Virus genome (UHGV): UHGV-0120107 | Direction: 5' to 3' (one strand) | Length of the DNA stretch: 15,363 nucleotides | Source: a virus | Shown: piece after piece, positions 13,310 to 15,363 of the stretch | Position numbering within the stretch: position 1 is the stretch's first letter | Layout: every line of letters begins with the position of its first letter | Made by a program: the position numbers and the translations under genes | Notes under the pieces: model-generated | Told to the model about the DNA's origin: nothing | The model's database searches: none | Seen by the model: the letters and a program-made list of their open reading frames with translations, nothing else

Positions 13310-13326
13310 AATAACAACTAAGTGAG

Positions 13327-13821
13327 ATGAATATGGCGGCACCAAAGGGCAACCGATTTTGGGAGGCCCGCAGTAGTCATGGGCGAAATCCTAAATTCGA
13401 ATCGCCTGAGGCGCTGTGGGCTGCTTGTTGTGAATACTTCGAGTGGGCTGATGATAACCCGCTATGGGAGGGTAAGGTATTTTCATATCAGGGAGAAATA
13501 ATTAAGGCTAATGTCCATAAGATGCGAGCCATGACTATTTCAGGATTGTGTACCTTCCTTGATATCACCAGGCAAACATGGGGAACCTTCCGGTCAATGG
13601 AAGGTTTTTCTGACGTCACATCACGAGCGGAAGACATCATCTACGACCAGAAATTCTCTGGCGCAGCCGCTGACCTTCTCAACGCTAACATCATCGCCCG
13701 TGATTTGGGCCTCAAAGAGAAGTCGCAAGTTGAAGACGTGACACCTGATAAGGGAGATCGCGATAAGCGGCGCTCTCGTATCAAGGAGCTATTCAACCGT
13801 GGAACTGGACGCGATTCTTGA
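13327..13821 (+). CDS. terS: Terminase small subunit, P22 gp3-like
   Basis: [40 protein letters not shown]... matches P22 gp3 as I recall it. Translation may start at the second ATG (13333). In P22 the pac site lies inside this gene; I could not place it here. Confidence 0.8.
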   Translation: MNMAAPKGNRFWEARSSHGRNPKFESPEALWAACCEYFEWADDNPLWEGKVFSYQGEIIKANVHKMRAMTISGLCTFLDITRQTWGTFRSMEGFSDVTSRAEDIIYDQKFSGAAADLLNANIIARDLGLKEKSQVEDVTPDKGDRDKRRSRIKELFNRGTGRDS

Positions 13822-15295
13822 TAACCTGAGCGACGAAGAGCAAATCGAATTGCTCGAGCTACTCGAAGAAGAAGAGAACTACCGGAACACACACCTGCTA
13901 TATGAATTTACGCCATACAGCAAACAGCTTGAGTTCATCGACGCCGGGCATGACTATCCAGAGCGATGTTTTATGGCTGGTAACCAGATTGGTAAGTCAT
14001 TTACTGGTGCTGCTGAAGTCGCGTTTCACCTTACCGGGCGTTATCCGGGCACAAAAGGCTATCCTGCTGATGGTAAATATGGCGGTGAGTGGAAAGGTAA
14101 GCGTTTCTATGAGCCTGTTGTCTTCTGGATTGGCGGCGAGACAAACGAGACTGTAACCAAAACGACTCAACGCATCCTGTGCGGTCGTATCGAAGAGAAT
14201 GATGAGCCTGGCTACGGTTCCATACCGAAAGATGACATTATTAGCTGGAAGAAGTCTCCTTTCTTTCCGAACCTTGTTGATCACCTTCTGGTTAAGCATC
14301 ACACGGCTGATGGCGTTGAAGATGGCATTTCAATCTGCTACTTCAAACCATACTCGCAAGGCCGTGCTCGCTGGCAGGGTGACACAATCCACGGCGTGTG
14401 GTTTGACGAAGAGCCACCATACAGCATTTATGGCGAAGGTCTTACCCGTACCAACAAATACGGGCAATTCTCAATTCTGACGTTTACCCCGCTGATGGGG
14501 ATGTCTGACGTTGTTACCAAGTTCCTGAAGAATCCCAGCAAGTCGCAGAAAGTGGTCAACATGACCATCTATGACGCTGAGCACTATACCGACGAGCAGA
14601 AAGAGCAAATCATCGCATCCTATCCTGAGCATGAGAGAGAGGCGCGTGCTCGCGGTATTCCTACGATGGGTAGCGGTCGAATCTTCCAGATACCGGAAGA
14701 GACGATTAAGTGTCAGCCGTTCGAGTGTCCTGATCACTTCTACGTCATCAATGCAATGGACTTCGGATGGGATCACCCACAGGCACACATCCAGCTTTGG
14801 TGGGATAAAGACGAGGACGTGATTTATCTTTCTCGCGTCTGGAAGGCCAAACAGAAGAAGGCGACAGAGGCATGGAGTGCTGTTAAAGCATGGAGCAAAA
14901 ACACCCCTACGGCTTGGCCTCATGACGGGCATCAGCACGAAAAGGGAGGCGGCGCTCAGCTCAAGGAACAATACGCCGACGCTGGGTTCGACATGTTGCC
15001 AGATCATGCAACATGGCCTGATGGAGGTAATGCGGTCGAACCCGGGATAGCAGAGATACGCGACATGATGCTCGACGGTCGTTTCAAGGTATTTAACACC
15101 TGCGAGCCATTCTTTGAAGAGTTTCGCCTGTATCACCGCGATGAGAACGGGAAGATCGTCAAGCTAAATGACGACATCCTTTCTGCTGTTCGCTATGGCT
15201 ACATGATGAGGCGTTTTGCAATACAGATGCGAGACATCAAAGATCCTAAAGAGATTGATTACTCAAGCTACAACATACCTTGCGGAGTTGGATGA
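13799..15295 (+). CDS. terL: Terminase large subunit (498 aa), P22 gp2-like
   Basis: Walker A-like AGNQIGKS near the N-terminus and a nuclease-type C-terminal half. Start overlaps the terS 3' end by 23 nt in another frame. Overall resemblance to P22 gp2 from memory. Confidence 0.9.
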   Translation: MELDAILDNLSDEEQIELLELLEEEENYRNTHLLYEFTPYSKQLEFIDAGHDYPERCFMAGNQIGKSFTGAAEVAFHLTGRYPGTKGYPADGKYGGEWKGKRFYEPVVFWIGGETNETVTKTTQRILCGRIEENDEPGYGSIPKDDIISWKKSPFFPNLVDHLLVKHHTADGVEDGISICYFKPYSQGRARWQGDTIHGVWFDEEPPYSIYGEGLTRTNKYGQFSILTFTPLMGMSDVVTKFLKNPSKSQKVVNMTIYDAEHYTDEQKEQIIASYPEHEREARARGIPTMGSGRIFQIPEETIKCQPFECPDHFYVINAMDFGWDHPQAHIQLWWDKDEDVIYLSRVWKAKQKKATEAWSAVKAWSKNTPTAWPHDGHQHEKGGGAQLKEQYADAGFDMLPDHATWPDGGNAVEPGIAEIRDMMLDGRFKVFNTCEPFFEEFRLYHRDENGKIVKLNDDILSAVRYGYMMRRFAIQMRDIKDPKEIDYSSYNIPCGVG

Positions 15296-15363
15296 TGGCT
15301 GATGATAGAAAGATGACTGACTGGCATCGCAAGGTGCTGTGCAACTTTGATAATGCCTGGTCA
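15295..15363 (+). CDS. 5' end of the next late gene (probably portal), partial
   Basis: ATG at 15295 overlaps the terL stop (ATGA). Open to the window end ([23 protein letters not shown]...). Portal assignment is from gene order only. Confidence 0.35.
   Translation, partial: MADDRKMTDWHRKVLCNFDNAWS

Noticed and set aside
13600-13660. Possible pac site inside terS
   Set aside because: P22 pac lies inside gene 3, but I cannot reliably recall its sequence and cannot place a match here, so I make no call.
14471-15136. 221-aa ORF on the minus strand
   Set aside because: Antisense to the large terminase gene, which has clear motifs. Shadow ORF.
1-15363. Integrase, attachment sites, CRISPR array, IS element or toxin (stx-like) genes
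   Set aside because: Searched by eye for characteristic repeats, spacer arrays and large unexplained ORFs; none present. The prophage ends and integration module lie outside this window.

Overview
This window reads as the central part of a mosaic lambdoid (lambda/P22-type) temperate phage or prophage from an enterobacterial host, running from the early-left operon to the start of the head genes. All protein identifications are from my memory of lambda, P22 and DLP12 proteins, not from a database search. Order, left to right: cIII-like gene and a four-ORF accessory cluster (minus strand), N antiterminator, pL/OL, cI repressor (lambda-like C-terminal domain, different N-terminal DNA-binding domain), OR/pR, cro, nutR, cII, a 48-aa ORF, O-like initiator, a fused Toprim primase/helicase, a tR2-like terminator, a nin region (unknowns, NinE with an in-frame stop, NinF, a YbcO-like protein, RusA, NinH), Q, PR'/6S-like leader/tR', a lambda-like lysis cassette (S, R, Rz/Rz1), then P22-like small and large terminase. 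I found no tRNA, CRISPR array, IS element or integrase. The best candidates for undescribed biology are the four uncharacterised ORFs between N and cIII (626..1908), the hybrid immunity region with its own operator motif, the unknown ORFs opening the nin region, and a structured non-coding insert between tR' and S. None of these could be confirmed without searches.
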